DNA of 55,897 nucleotides from Pseudomonadota bacterium (GTDB lineage Bacteria; Bdellovibrionota_F; JAHFAK01; JBDREC01): NCBI GenBank assembly GCA_043820105.1, contig JBDREC010000081.1, positions 1 to 55,897 of the forward strand, read 5' to 3'. Shown piece by piece: positions 55,781 to 55,897 of this stretch (position 1 is its first letter; each line of letters starts with the position of its first letter). The notes under the pieces were generated by a model. It saw only the letters and a program-made list of their open reading frames with translations, ran no database searches and was not told where the DNA came from. The position numbers and the translations under genes were made by a program.

Positions 55781-55897
55781 AAGATTAATCCAATGGTTTC
55801 ATGTATAGAAATATTTATTTCAATTTTAATATCATGGAATAGATAGAACAGTGTTTTATATTTTCAGAATAATTATTCTTGGTGGGTACTCAAAATG

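Overview
AT-rich bacterial chromosomal window, most consistent with an anaerobic or microaerophilic diderm of delta-proteobacterial type (inferred from RpoH, sigma54 activators, short EF-Ts, desulfoferrodoxin/rubrerythrin and pta-ackA). Left to right it holds: a decayed patch (broken NtrC-type regulator, chimeric fragment, Fic gene) next to tRNA-Asp; a degenerate MoeA and two OppA lipoproteins; ZupT; a (Gly-Asp)36 lipoprotein; a CydA-like/cytochrome c fusion; a dsrE2-tusA-dsrM-like-dsrK-like sulfur-relay operon downstream of a sigma54-driven four-helix-bundle gene; an iron/oxidative-stress cluster; a DnaA-box cluster; an orphan CxxG-repeat RiPP-like precursor; housekeeping genes (rsfS, dsbD, rpoH, ispG, rpsB-tsf-pyrH-frr-uppS-cdsA-dxr); floA; and pta-ackA. 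The most striking unexplained signal is about 30 intergenic 6-8 nt (mostly 7 nt) tandem-repeat tracts from several families. They follow a transcript-polarity rule: one strand of a family occurs just after stop codons and its complement just before ribosome-binding sites. They form local hairpins or bracket whole genes, and they co-occur with one intact and one remnant four-helix-bundle (IVP/Avd-like) gene. Three MITE/REP-like palindromic elements and four sigma54 promoters are also visible. All calls are from motif recognition by eye; no database search was run.
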